A stretch of DNA of 64,000 nt, taken from the NCBI GenBank assembly GCA_965221955.1, contig CBDCTA010000014.1, forward strand, positions 1 to 64,000. Direction: 5' to 3'. The notes below the pieces were generated by a model. That model was not told the DNA's origin. It ran no database searches and saw only the letters and a program-made list of their open reading frames with translations. Source of the stretch: Gammaproteobacteria bacterium. Its GTDB lineage: Bacteria > Pseudomonadota > Gammaproteobacteria > UBA4575. Positions 52,609 to 62,113 of this stretch are shown here, piece after piece. The position numbers were made by a program, and so were the translations under genes. The stretch's first letter is position 1. The number at the start of each line of letters is the position of its first letter.

Positions 52609-53466
52609 ATGAAACAGAATGTAAAACTTACGGATAGCGAAATCAAAAAGATAACCAAAGCACGTTATGGAAAATGTGCTGAATCCGGCGTTGCAAGTTC
52701 TTGTTGCGCTATTGATGCATCCCAATCGTCCAGTTTCGCAATAGAACACGGGTTGTATACAAAAGAGGACATATCATTAATACCAGATACGGCGCTGAGC
52801 TTATCAAGAGGTTGCGGTAATCCCACCGGTTTTGCGGAATTACAACCAGGAGAAATTGCAGTGGATTTCGGGTGTGGGGCGGGGATTGACGTTGTTCTTG
52901 CAGCAAAAAAAGTAGCACCAAGCGGAAAAGTATTTGGAGTAGATTTTGCCCCTGAAATGATTCAGAGAGCAAAGCAAGCCGTGATCGAAGCGGAAGTTGC
53001 AATCATAGTCGATTTGTATGTTTCTGATTTAGATAAAACAGACCTTTCCGATAGTTTTGCTGATGTAGTAATGTCAAATTGTGTAATCAATTTGTGTCCA
53101 GATAAAGAAGAAGTTTATCGAGAAGCCTTTCGCATTTTAAAACCCGGGGGTCGTCTCGCCATATCCGATGTTATTTATACTGAGAAACTCGATCCGCAAA
53201 TTCATGAGCGTTTTAAAACAGCTTGGTCCGGTTGTGTTGGAGGTGCAATCGAAAAAGACAGGTATTTTAATATTATTGAAAATATTGGATTTATAGATCT
53301 TAAAATTGTATCCGAACATCTACTTGCATCGAATGAGCTAAACGAAATGGCATGTTGTCCCGGCGCCGAATATACTCCGGTTCCTGCAAAAGAAGACTTA
53401 GCTGTTACTGAAAACAAAATTGAAAGTGTAAAATTTACTGCAGATAAGCCACTCGGGTCTAATTGA
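52609..53466 (+). CDS. arsM: Arsenite methyltransferase-like SAM-dependent methyltransferase
   Basis: SSCC, GCGNP, DFGCGAGID, SNCVINL, LKPGGRLAISD, WSGCVGGA. Confidence 0.8.
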   Translation: MKQNVKLTDSEIKKITKARYGKCAESGVASSCCAIDASQSSSFAIEHGLYTKEDISLIPDTALSLSRGCGNPTGFAELQPGEIAVDFGCGAGIDVVLAAKKVAPSGKVFGVDFAPEMIQRAKQAVIEAEVAIIVDLYVSDLDKTDLSDSFADVVMSNCVINLCPDKEEVYREAFRILKPGGRLAISDVIYTEKLDPQIHERFKTAWSGCVGGAIEKDRYFNIIENIGFIDLKIVSEHLLASNELNEMACCPGAEYTPVPAKEDLAVTENKIESVKFTADKPLGSN

Positions 53467-53487
53467 GAAGTATATTTAAGTAGTGTG

Positions 53488-53769
53488 TATGACCGCTTTT
53501 GGTTACCGAATCAATCGGTCAGTGCAACACCTTGTCAAACCTTTGTTTGTAATGAGGCAGACTCAAACGGATGGTAATTTAGTATTGGATTGTTTTTAGA
53601 TGAACTGGATTAATCAAATACCACATGATTACTTGCTTTGAGCCATAAAGTTTCAATCATTTTCTTAAAAGATTGATGCAATTGCACTTTTATTATAATT
53701 CGCAGCCTTTTCTTCTCGATACTAAAGTGTTGCATCGACCCATTGAGACCACGGCCAAAAGCGGACATT
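53488..53769. repeat. 30-bp array palindrome, copy 9, interrupted at its centre
   Basis: Left half TATGACCGCT-TTT-GG(TT) at 53488-53504; right half GGCC-AAA-AGCGGACATT at 53753-53769. Confidence 0.85.
53505..53752. mobile_element. 248-bp non-autonomous element with IS30-family-like 26-bp terminal inverted repeats
   Basis: Left ACCGAATCAATCGGTCAGTGCAACAC vs right reverse complement GTGGTCTCAATGGGTCGATGCAACAC; right end reads SVASTH*, like IS30 transposase C-termini that end inside the IR. Confidence 0.7.
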
Positions 53770-54071
53770 CTAAGTAAAGAGCATTTACTATCGGATAGAT
53801 ACATCGAAACGCCAATATAGGATGATGTTTTGAGTAGACTGCTCATTTTTACTGAACTATATCGAAATATCTTATTTCAAAATAAAAAAAGAATTAAGCG
53901 GTACTCAAATGATAAGTATATCTTGGCTTACATTAATACGCTGCTAAAATATTTTAGATTATTTAGAGACAATGCCTTTATGTCTTGGGAGTTTGCGACA
54001 GCAGTATAGAATTCATCTTGTCGAATATTCGCAGAATTATAAAAGCTTGCTTGCCACTGTCAAAATTTGAT

Positions 54072-54438
54072 CTAACTTAATGGTTCAATAACTTTTATTA
54101 TTTCTTGACCATTTGCTGGTTTTTGTAAAACAATCGCACCTTTATCTGCGGCTTCCTTTGCATGCAGGCAATCTGTATCTGTAGCTAGTATAATAAATGG
54201 AATATTATTTTCTAAGTTATTAACAGCATTTTGAATTCCAATACTGTTTTTTTTTTAGCATATCAAGATTAAGCAATATTGCATTTGGCAGATGTTTGTT
54301 ATCCAATTCATTTAGGAACCCTTATGCAGATGCATGTAAATCTGTCGTCAACCCATATGATTCCAGCAATAGATTAATTGCGTCACGTGTATCATCACGG
54401 TCATCGATAATACTAATTATTCCTTTGGTATTAGGCAT
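54072..54438 (-). pseudogene. Receiver-domain (FixJ-like) response regulator pseudogene
   Basis: MPNTKGIISIIDDRDDTRDAINLLLESYG..ASA-stop-GFLNELD..ILLNLDML, frameshift in a poly-A run, then ..NIPFIILAT..GAIVLQKP. Confidence 0.7.
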
Positions 54439-54768
54439 ATAGGTATCATGCCTGTCTATGTTTAAAACAAATATGATCTAGATCAAATCGATTGAGGACT
54501 TTGGTGTACATGGCAAAATCGTAGCTTATGCAGGATCGCGGCAATTCAAATCGGCAAGCAAGCATAATGTTTCTTATGTTTTATTCAACGGCATACAATC
54601 TCATTAACTTTTTTCGATACTTAGTGCCAGCAAAATTTTTCGCACTGGAGTTTTGCAGCGGAATTATAGGATATAGTTTTTATCTAAGATTCGTTAAAAT
54701 GAAAATGTTAAATTTTCAGTACTGATTAATTATTTGAATGACTGGGAAAGTTAATTAAGGAGAACATT

Positions 54769-54921
54769 ATGCCACAACATCATAATGACCACTTCTTTGC
54801 ACATTGGGAATTTGGGCTCGTTCATTGGCTTGGTCATTGGGCTGTAGAACTACTGTTTTGGGTTGTAATTATTTGTATGATTATTATTGTTGCTAATTGG
54901 ATTTTTAAAAATAATGAATGA
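54769..54921 (+). CDS. 50-aa His/Trp-rich single-TM peptide (below the ORF-track cutoff)
   Basis: RBS AAGGAG; MPQHHNDHFFAHWEFGLVHWLGHWAVELLFWVVIICMIIIVANWIFKNNE. Confidence 0.6.
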   Translation: MPQHHNDHFFAHWEFGLVHWLGHWAVELLFWVVIICMIIIVANWIFKNNE

Positions 54922-54965
54922 AATGCAAATCAAAGTAGCATTTGAATTATAAAGCGAAATTATAC

Positions 54966-55883
54966 ATGCCAATCTTAATATTTTCAGGGGCAATTTTAGT
55001 AATGCTTCTTTGGTCACTTTGTTTCCCTTTCATAAATATCGGATTAAATTATTCTCCACCATTATTTTTTGCAGCAATTCGTGCATTATCTGCAGGTTTA
55101 GTTTTGCTTATTTTCGCAATTGGTTTACAAAAGCGTTTACCTCGTGAAGGCTCAGTATGGGCTGCAATTGTGGTAGTGGGCATTACTGCCACCAGTCTTG
55201 GTTTCTTTGGTATGTTTATTGGAGGTGGTCTTATATCACCTGGAATTGCAACAGTTATATCAAATACTCAACCACTTATTGCCTCAATATTTGCTTACAT
55301 TTGGCTTAAAGAGTCACTTAGCAAAAGACAAAAAGCAGGTCTTGCAATAGGATTTTTAGGGATTGTTTTAATAAGCATGGGGGTTAATGATGATCAGGCG
55401 ACTACTCATTTGATTGGGATTTTTTATATTTTGATAGGAGCGATTGGGGTGGCATTGAGTAATGTCACACTCAAATGGTTGGCCGGTCGTGGAGACGTAT
55501 GGATGTTGATGGGATTGCAGCTAGTAATAGGAAGTATTCCTTTATTTGCATTAAGTTATATAGTGGAAAGCCCAATAAATGTACTTTGGGATATTCAATT
55601 CATTTATGCTCTTTTAATTTTAGCGATTTTAAGCACTGCTTTTGCCTCAGCACTTTGGTTTATATTGCTTAATTATGTCGAACTTAATAGATTAAATGTA
55701 TTTACATTCTTAACGCCAGTTTTTGGTTTGATCATTGGTTTTGTATTTTTTGGCGAGTCATTTGGTGGTCTTAAATTTGTTGGCGCAGGCTTGGGAATTA
55801 TCAGTATTTATTTAGTAAGTATTCAAGGTAAAAAGATCTTGCGGACTTTAATAAATTCTTGTATATGGCGAATTAGTCATTAA
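54966..55883 (+). CDS. EamA/DMT family transporter
   Basis: About 10 TM segments, PPLFFAAIR, NTQPL, FLTPVFG. Confidence 0.9.
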   Translation: MPILIFSGAILVMLLWSLCFPFINIGLNYSPPLFFAAIRALSAGLVLLIFAIGLQKRLPREGSVWAAIVVVGITATSLGFFGMFIGGGLISPGIATVISNTQPLIASIFAYIWLKESLSKRQKAGLAIGFLGIVLISMGVNDDQATTHLIGIFYILIGAIGVALSNVTLKWLAGRGDVWMLMGLQLVIGSIPLFALSYIVESPINVLWDIQFIYALLILAILSTAFASALWFILLNYVELNRLNVFTFLTPVFGLIIGFVFFGESFGGLKFVGAGLGIISIYLVSIQGKKILRTLINSCIWRISH

Positions 55884-56374
55884 ATAGTTTATAGATCAAT
55901 AGATCAATTTCAGAAATTAAAAAATATGTTATTTCAACATCGAAAGTGAGATCGATAAGTTCATGGAGTTCAATTTTAATAGCGATGAATCCCATTAAGC
56001 TTCTTCCGTGATGCGGTTATCCGCTAAATGATAAGCACGCTTTCTTCCTTTTTTAGATCTTCAATACGAGCGTATAGGATACGCTTAAGCACTAAATGTT
56101 ATAGAACATAATCAACAGTTGAATTATTAATAAATTAATTTGAATAAGTTCAGCATAGTTTTTAAATATTTTTTCGACAATATTTTTCTTATTAGATTAA
56201 GAAGTTATTTTTTGAATATGTGATTTTTAGCCTCAATACTTAGGTATATTCATAAATAATTGGTGACGTCTATGAGTAACACTATTAACATTCTATAACT
56301 CCATCAACATTTTAGAAATGTTATAGATTGATTTAAGTCAAAACAATATTTAACTTAGTCGGTGAAGATGTAGC

Positions 56375-57142
56375 ATGGAAAACAAAACATCAGGTGGCAT
56401 CAAATATAAGAAAGAGCTGAAAAAGCTGCAAATTGAGCTAGTTAAATTTCAACACCACTTAATTAAATATAATCATAAGATATTAATAATATTCGAGGGG
56501 CGAGATGCATCAGGGAAAGATGGTGTAATCAAGCGAATAATTCAACATTTGAGTCCTCGTGAAACACGAGTGGTAGCTTTAGGGAAACCTTCAGATCATG
56601 ATAAAAAAGGCTGGTATTTTCAGCGTTATGTGCCACATTTGCCTGTAGCCCAAGAAATGGTGTTATTCAATCGTAGTTGGTACAACCGTGCAGGAGTTGA
56701 GTGGGTAATGGGATTTTGTAATGAAATAGAGTATAAAAACTTTTTAAAAGATGTCGTTGTATTTGAATCATTATTGGTAGATTCTGGCATTCAGTTATTT
56801 AAATTTTACCTTGATATTTCAAAAAAAGAGCAAGCAAGAAGGTTAAAGGCTCGTAAAAAAGACCCTCTTAAACAGTGGAAAACAAGCTTTATAGATGAAG
56901 TAGCATTAGTACATTGGGATGACTACAGTAAGGCGCGTGACACGATGTTAGATCAAACCAATAGTGAAGTAGCACCATGGGTTATTATTAACGCTGATTG
57001 TAAAAAACAAGCTCGTCTTAATGTTATTCGATATCTGATGGCAAATATTTCATGTCCGGATAAGGATGAACACATAACGCATCCAGACTCAAAATTTTCA
57101 TATGAATATGCTAGTAGCGTTAAAAATAAGCTATCGACGTAA
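56375..57142 (+). CDS. ppk2: Polyphosphate kinase 2
   Basis: FEGRDASGKDG, WYFQRY, FNRSWYNRAGVE, DPLKQWK. Confidence 0.93.
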   Translation: MENKTSGGIKYKKELKKLQIELVKFQHHLIKYNHKILIIFEGRDASGKDGVIKRIIQHLSPRETRVVALGKPSDHDKKGWYFQRYVPHLPVAQEMVLFNRSWYNRAGVEWVMGFCNEIEYKNFLKDVVVFESLLVDSGIQLFKFYLDISKKEQARRLKARKKDPLKQWKTSFIDEVALVHWDDYSKARDTMLDQTNSEVAPWVIINADCKKQARLNVIRYLMANISCPDKDEHITHPDSKFSYEYASSVKNKLST

Positions 57143-57287
57143 AAAAGTTAAGTGAATTACCACTCAAGGTTTGTTGTAAGGTAAGTGTCACAAATGACGC
57201 AAAGCAAGTTTTATATAACTACGTAATGTTTTCCCCAAATTCGAAGTGCAATAGTAATTTACCTAAATAGTTCAGAATTTTTAGTAA

Positions 57288-58739
57288 TCAACAAGAATGG
57301 ATTTTTGGTAGTTCCAACACCGCTTCTAATCCACCTTCATTTCGGTTATGAAGATATATTTCACCTCCACTAACTCTAGCTATATCTCGGGCAATCCCAA
57401 GTCCTAAACCTACACCTCCAGATGATCGATTACGCGATGATTCTAATCGAAAGAATGGGTCAAAAATATGTTCCATTTGCTCTTCAGGTATCCCTGGGCC
57501 TTCATCTACTATTCTAATTGATAACATTTTTGCCGATTCTTCAATGTAGATGGTTGCCTTGTCACCATAACGAACGGCATTTTCCATTAAGTTTGTAAGA
57601 CATCGCTTCAATGCAAGCGGATACCCATTATGAAGTTTTTGTTCTCCTTCATTGAATTCTATTTCATGCCCAGCTTCTCGCATATCTTGGGTGATACTAC
57701 TAATTAACGCACTGACATCTATTTTTTGTATAGGTTCAGTTTTATCCTGGCCGCACATATAGTCTAACGTTTCGTTAACCATGCTTTGCATGTCATCTAA
57801 GTCACTTAAAAATTTATTTGCCAATTCTGTATCATTAAGTAATTCCGTGCGCAACCGCAATCGTGTAATTGGTGTTTTTAAGTCATGTGAAATTGCTGCA
57901 AGTAATCGACCTCTATCTTCTATGTGCTGATTAATTTTGGCTTGCATAATATTAAAAGCACGTGCGGCTTTGCTTACTTCTTGCGGGCCACTTTCATCGA
58001 TTGGAGCACGTTCAATATCTCTCCCTAGCTCATCTGCTGCGAATGCTAAAGCGTTAATTGGTTTAGTAATTTTGTGCACAATAAACAAGGATAAGAAAAA
58101 TGCAGTAACCACTAATATTAATAGTGTGGTGATAATGCGATGAGGAAAATTAAACAAGGCCTCGGGAAAATGTTGTATAAAACTTACCCATGATCCATCA
58201 TCTAATTTAACTTGAATTAGAATATGATACTCTGTAAACGACCATGTACCCATCATTTCGTATACCATTTTTAACGCTCTATTAATACCATAGCTTATTC
58301 TAGAGTTATTCGAATTGTCTGATGAGCCATTTTTTTTTGTTTCAAAATTGTTATTAATCTGATGTTCATGTTTTTCGATAAACTGAATGTGAATGGGATA
58401 ATTTTGATCTAATACGTTGGCAAATGAATTACGTATAGACTTTTGTATCTGGTTACCGTTTTGGGTTGATTCTTGGAGTGGTTTAATATCAAAAGAAACG
58501 CGTAGATCAGATGAATTAAATGCTTTAATGGCTTTTTCTCTCGCTTGCGGTGTAAGTTCATTTAAAAAACGCACCATTGAAGATACTTGTTCTACGGACT
58601 TTAACTCCAATATCTTGTGAAGAGACTGTCCTCTCTCATAGTATAAAATTATTCCGCTTATTATTTGAGCCAACGAGAGTATGACTAGAAGCGTTATCAT
58701 TAGTTGAGCAAACAATGATTGTGGCCACAATCGAGACAT
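57288..58739 (-). CDS. Sensor histidine kinase (HAMP-HisKA-HATPase)
   Basis: GPQEV, ISHDLKTPITRLRLR, NLMENAVRYG, DEGPGI, GLGLGI. Confidence 0.93.
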   Translation of the reverse strand: MSRLWPQSLFAQLMITLLVILSLAQIISGIILYYERGQSLHKILELKSVEQVSSMVRFLNELTPQAREKAIKAFNSSDLRVSFDIKPLQESTQNGNQIQKSIRNSFANVLDQNYPIHIQFIEKHEHQINNNFETKKNGSSDNSNNSRISYGINRALKMVYEMMGTWSFTEYHILIQVKLDDGSWVSFIQHFPEALFNFPHRIITTLLILVVTAFFLSLFIVHKITKPINALAFAADELGRDIERAPIDESGPQEVSKAARAFNIMQAKINQHIEDRGRLLAAISHDLKTPITRLRLRTELLNDTELANKFLSDLDDMQSMVNETLDYMCGQDKTEPIQKIDVSALISSITQDMREAGHEIEFNEGEQKLHNGYPLALKRCLTNLMENAVRYGDKATIYIEESAKMLSIRIVDEGPGIPEEQMEHIFDPFFRLESSRNRSSGGVGLGLGIARDIARVSGGEIYLHNRNEGGLEAVLELPKIHSC

Positions 58740-59458
58740 TATTTTTCTACCTTTACATTAACAGCAAATATATAACCTTCATTTCTAACTGTTTGGATAA
58801 TTTTCGAGTTTTTAGTGTCATGAAGTGAACGACGTAATCTACTCACCATAACATCTATACTGCGATCAAATGGCTGCATCTCACGGCCATGGGAAAGATC
58901 AAGTAACTGATCACGACTTAGTACTCTATTTGGATGTGTTAAAAAAATATACAGCAATTGATATTCACCTCCACTTATTGGGACTACAATATTCTCAGGG
59001 GAGATAAGATGTCTATTTACAGTATCTAACCTCCAATCACCAAAGAGAAAATATCTAGAAGTTTGTTGAATTGTGGATGATGATAAAGTGCGGGTTCGCC
59101 GTAATATACTTTTAATTCGTGCTAAAAGTTCGCGTGAGTTAAATGGTTTTGCTAGATAATCATCCGCGCCCATCTCTAGCCCAATAATGCGCTCGGTCTC
59201 TTCGCCACGGGCTGTAAGCATAATTACTGGAATAGTAGATTTCGATCTGAGATTGCGACACAACACAAGCCCATCATCCCCGGGTAACATTAAATCGAGA
59301 ACGATCAGGTCAATTTTACTTTTATCCAGAACAGCCCACATCTCTTTACCATCCGATGCAGTTATCGTTCGAAAACCCTCTTTTTTTAAGTAATCACTGA
59401 GTAAATTGCGGATCTCAAGATCATCGTCAACGATCAAAACAGTGTCAGTTTTGTCCAT
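58739..59458 (-). CDS. OmpR-family response regulator
   Basis: LIVDDD, LDLMLPG, GADDYLAKPF, DRSIDV, TVRNEGY. Confidence 0.95.
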   Translation of the reverse strand: MDKTDTVLIVDDDLEIRNLLSDYLKKEGFRTITASDGKEMWAVLDKSKIDLIVLDLMLPGDDGLVLCRNLRSKSTIPVIMLTARGEETERIIGLEMGADDYLAKPFNSRELLARIKSILRRTRTLSSSTIQQTSRYFLFGDWRLDTVNRHLISPENIVVPISGGEYQLLYIFLTHPNRVLSRDQLLDLSHGREMQPFDRSIDVMVSRLRRSLHDTKNSKIIQTVRNEGYIFAVNVKVEK

Positions 59459-59639
59459 CTGGAAAGTGTAAGCATTAAATGAAATCTTTCAATAAATATT
59501 TTTGTAACGCTTTATTACTGAATCCCAATAGGAAATATTAGGTTACAAAAGCCCGAGTTTTCGAAATTATCCCGTTACAAGGGAATGGTTTACTAAGCAT
59601 AACCAAGATAGAAAAGCAGATGAGGTCGAGAGATAGGTT

Positions 59640-60122
59640 ATGGCGGGGCTTTACATTAATTTCAATCTTAAAGTATTAACATCGATGGTTGGCTTAGCTG
59701 TTGTAATTCTATTGAGTAGCATTATTACAACGGGTTGTGCAACCAATCGAATTAATCTAGCGAATACAGAGCAGATTGAAGTTATAAAAAATTCGTCAAG
59801 GTCCGCAAAAATTACAAAACTTGCAGTTTATTCTAACAACTCAGGCATTTCTGTGTCGGGAGAATTACGCAAACGTATACCTAGTAGAGGACGTCTATAC
59901 GGTCATGTGGATGTTGGTGTCTTATCGCCTGATGGCAAAGTACTTTTCACAACGAATACTAGTTACCATCGTAAAAAACGCAAATCTTACACGTCAAAAT
60001 TCACTGTAGACATCCCTTTCGTGCTGGAGCGCGGTAGCACAATTCGCGTAACTCATCACCGTGTCCCCTTAGGGTGGCATAAATCTATTATTTTAAATAT
60101 TCATTCAATCAATAGGAGTTAA
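59640..60122 (+). CDS. Putative lipoprotein
   Basis: Hydrophobic leader ending ITTGC (lipobox-like); GHVDV motif. Confidence 0.65.
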   Translation: MAGLYINFNLKVLTSMVGLAVVILLSSIITTGCATNRINLANTEQIEVIKNSSRSAKITKLAVYSNNSGISVSGELRKRIPSRGRLYGHVDVGVLSPDGKVLFTTNTSYHRKKRKSYTSKFTVDIPFVLERGSTIRVTHHRVPLGWHKSIILNIHSINRS

Positions 60123-60124
60123 AC

Positions 60125-60619
60125 ATGAAAACATTAAAAACAATATCACTCGCACTGTTCATGAGCATTGCGTTTGCAATGATCACGACAGTGAGCGCAT
60201 CAGAAATGAAGCATGAACATAAGGGAACTACTAGTTCCGAATCTCACCAAGCGCATGCAAATATGCAAAAAATGCATGCGCATATGCAGAAAATGCAGAA
60301 GGAAATGGATGCCATCCGTGCAGAAAAAAATCTAGATAAACGCAAAGAGCTTATGCAAGCGCATCGTAAGAGCATACGCGAAGGCATGGAAATGATGATG
60401 CAAGATGATAGCGGCAAAGGAATGATGGGTAAGACAAAAGGAGATATACATGAGGCCATGAAAAAAGAAGGAAAAATGGATGCACATGCGCGAGTAGGAA
60501 ATATGGAAGAACATTTAGATTTGATGCAACAGATGATGGAGCAAATGATGCAACATCAAAATGAGGCTTATGAATTATTTGAAGCGTATAGAGAGCTTGA
60601 CAGAGATCTTGGGTCTTAA
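60125..60619 (+). CDS. Met/His-rich periplasmic helical protein, paralogue 1
   Basis: Signal peptide; MHAHMQKMQKEMDAIRAEKNLDKRKELMQAHRKS; MQQMMEQMMQHQ. Confidence 0.8.
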   Translation: MKTLKTISLALFMSIAFAMITTVSASEMKHEHKGTTSSESHQAHANMQKMHAHMQKMQKEMDAIRAEKNLDKRKELMQAHRKSIREGMEMMMQDDSGKGMMGKTKGDIHEAMKKEGKMDAHARVGNMEEHLDLMQQMMEQMMQHQNEAYELFEAYRELDRDLGS

Positions 60620-60726
60620 TTAATTGCTTTACGTTGATCAGATTTAAAAGTATTAAATAAAAAAATTAAATAAAAATACTTCTGAATACTAACTTCAAAC
60701 TCATACTAAATTATATGGAGAGAAAT

Positions 60727-61248
60727 ATGAAAACATTAAAAACTACATTAATCGTGCTATCTATGAGCATGTTAGCACTGATAACTACAATAGCTTATGC
60801 GGAAGAAAACAAGCATGAGCACAAAAGAACGTCAACTTCTGAGTCGCACAAAAGCCATGCGCATATGGAAAAAATGCACGAGCACATGAAAGAAATGCAG
60901 GAGCAAATGCAGGCTATTCATGCAGAAAAAGATCCTGAAAAAAGAAAGGAACTCATGGGGGCACATCGCAAAAGTATGCATGAACATATGCAGATGATGC
61001 ATGGCATGATGAGTGATGGAAAGATGGGTGGCGGAATGATGATGGGAATGCACGGTGGTGCTGATAAAAAAGGCCATGGTGACAAACCTAAGCATGGAAA
61101 AAGTGCAATGATGGATCCTGAGTCACGCATGGGCATGATGGAAAAACGTATGGACATGATGCAAATGATGATGGACCAAATGATGCAACATCAGGAAGCA
61201 AGGATTAATACCACTGAGGAATACTTAAAAAAAGGTAGTCCTAGATAG
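60727..61248 (+). CDS. Met/His-rich periplasmic helical protein, paralogue 2
   Basis: Signal peptide; MHEHMKEMQEQMQAIHAEKDPEKRKELMGAHRKS; MQMMMDQMMQHQ. Confidence 0.82.
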   Translation: MKTLKTTLIVLSMSMLALITTIAYAEENKHEHKRTSTSESHKSHAHMEKMHEHMKEMQEQMQAIHAEKDPEKRKELMGAHRKSMHEHMQMMHGMMSDGKMGGGMMMGMHGGADKKGHGDKPKHGKSAMMDPESRMGMMEKRMDMMQMMMDQMMQHQEARINTTEEYLKKGSPR

Positions 61249-61274
61249 TATTAGCCTAGCTTGAGTTCGATGAA

Positions 61275-61308
61275 GGGAGTCAGCGATTAATTATGCTGGC
61301 TCCCATTT
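61275..61308 (+). terminator. Putative intrinsic terminator
   Basis: GGGAGTCAGC...GCTGGCTCCC stem followed by ATTT. Confidence 0.55.
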
Positions 61309-61356
61309 GGCTGACTTATCATCATAGGAAGATAGGTACATATTGGTCAAAATGTA

Positions 61357-61388
61357 TTGAACTCTAGACTCAGGTCCAGACTTAAGCT
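61357..61388 (+). promoter_or_regulatory. MerR-type promoter with long spacer and operator dyad
   Basis: -35 TTGAAC, 20-bp spacer, -10 TAAGCT; dyad ACTCTAGACTC|AGGTCCAGACT. Confidence 0.7.
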
Positions 61389-61411
61389 TTTGTGACCAAG
61401 GAGGTAATTGG

Positions 61412-61819
61412 ATGCTAACAATTGGTAAATTAGCTAAAGCTACCAATGCGAGTATCGATACGATTCGATATTACGAGCGTATGGGACTGGTAAGCCCTGA
61501 TGCTCGATCTGCTCATGATTATCGAATGTATGAAGAGTCTGCAATCAATCGTTTACGTTTTATTAAAAATGCACAGCAGTTAGGGTTCTCACTTTCAGAA
61601 ATTGAAAAGCTACTCACTTTTGGCGCCTCTAACAATGGTTCTGCTAGTGACATCTTGAACCTCACTCAAGAAAAAATCTTAGCGCACAGAAATAAGATTA
61701 AAGAATTGCAAAAAATACAAGCAGTGCTTACCGATTTAGCAAAACAGTGCTCAGGTAAAGGCCCTGCTAAAGATTGTCCGATTCTTCAAGCGTTATACCC
61801 TGATTCAGGTGAAAAATGA
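61412..61819 (+). CDS. MerR-family metal-responsive regulator (CueR-like)
   Basis: TIGKLAK, TIRYYE, RLRFIKNAQQLGFSLSEI, C-x8-CPI metal loop. Confidence 0.9.
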   Translation: MLTIGKLAKATNASIDTIRYYERMGLVSPDARSAHDYRMYEESAINRLRFIKNAQQLGFSLSEIEKLLTFGASNNGSASDILNLTQEKILAHRNKIKELQKIQAVLTDLAKQCSGKGPAKDCPILQALYPDSGEK

Positions 61820-61840
61820 AAGCAGTCACAGGAGCAAAAT

Positions 61841-62113
61841 ATGACAACAAATAAAAATGTAAGCACAGGTCAGCATGATGGGAATATGAATAGCAGTACA
61901 CCCAATACATCATTCTTCTCGCGCAACTGGGCAATAATACTAATATCTGGTGTGATTGGATTTTACTTGGTTACGGAACACACGGCTCATTTATTAGGGG
62001 CACTACCTTGGCTGATTTTATTGGCCTGTCCTTTGATTCACGTATTTATGCATCGAGGTCATGGTGGGCATGATCATACACAACCTCATCAAAAAGAGGT
62101 GAATGATGAATAG
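61841..62113 (+). CDS. DUF2933 family membrane protein
   Basis: EHTAHLLGALPWLILLACPLIHVFMHRGHGGH. Confidence 0.88.
   Translation: MTTNKNVSTGQHDGNMNSSTPNTSFFSRNWAIILISGVIGFYLVTEHTAHLLGALPWLILLACPLIHVFMHRGHGGHDHTQPHQKEVNDE

Noticed and set aside
54528-54725. 65-aa ORF in the island
   Set aside because: No RBS or recognisable motif; AT-rich intergenic sequence.
54786-54797. AATGACCACTTC resembling one arm of the array palindrome
   Set aside because: No core or second arm at the right spacing, and it lies inside a plausible small ORF; probably chance.
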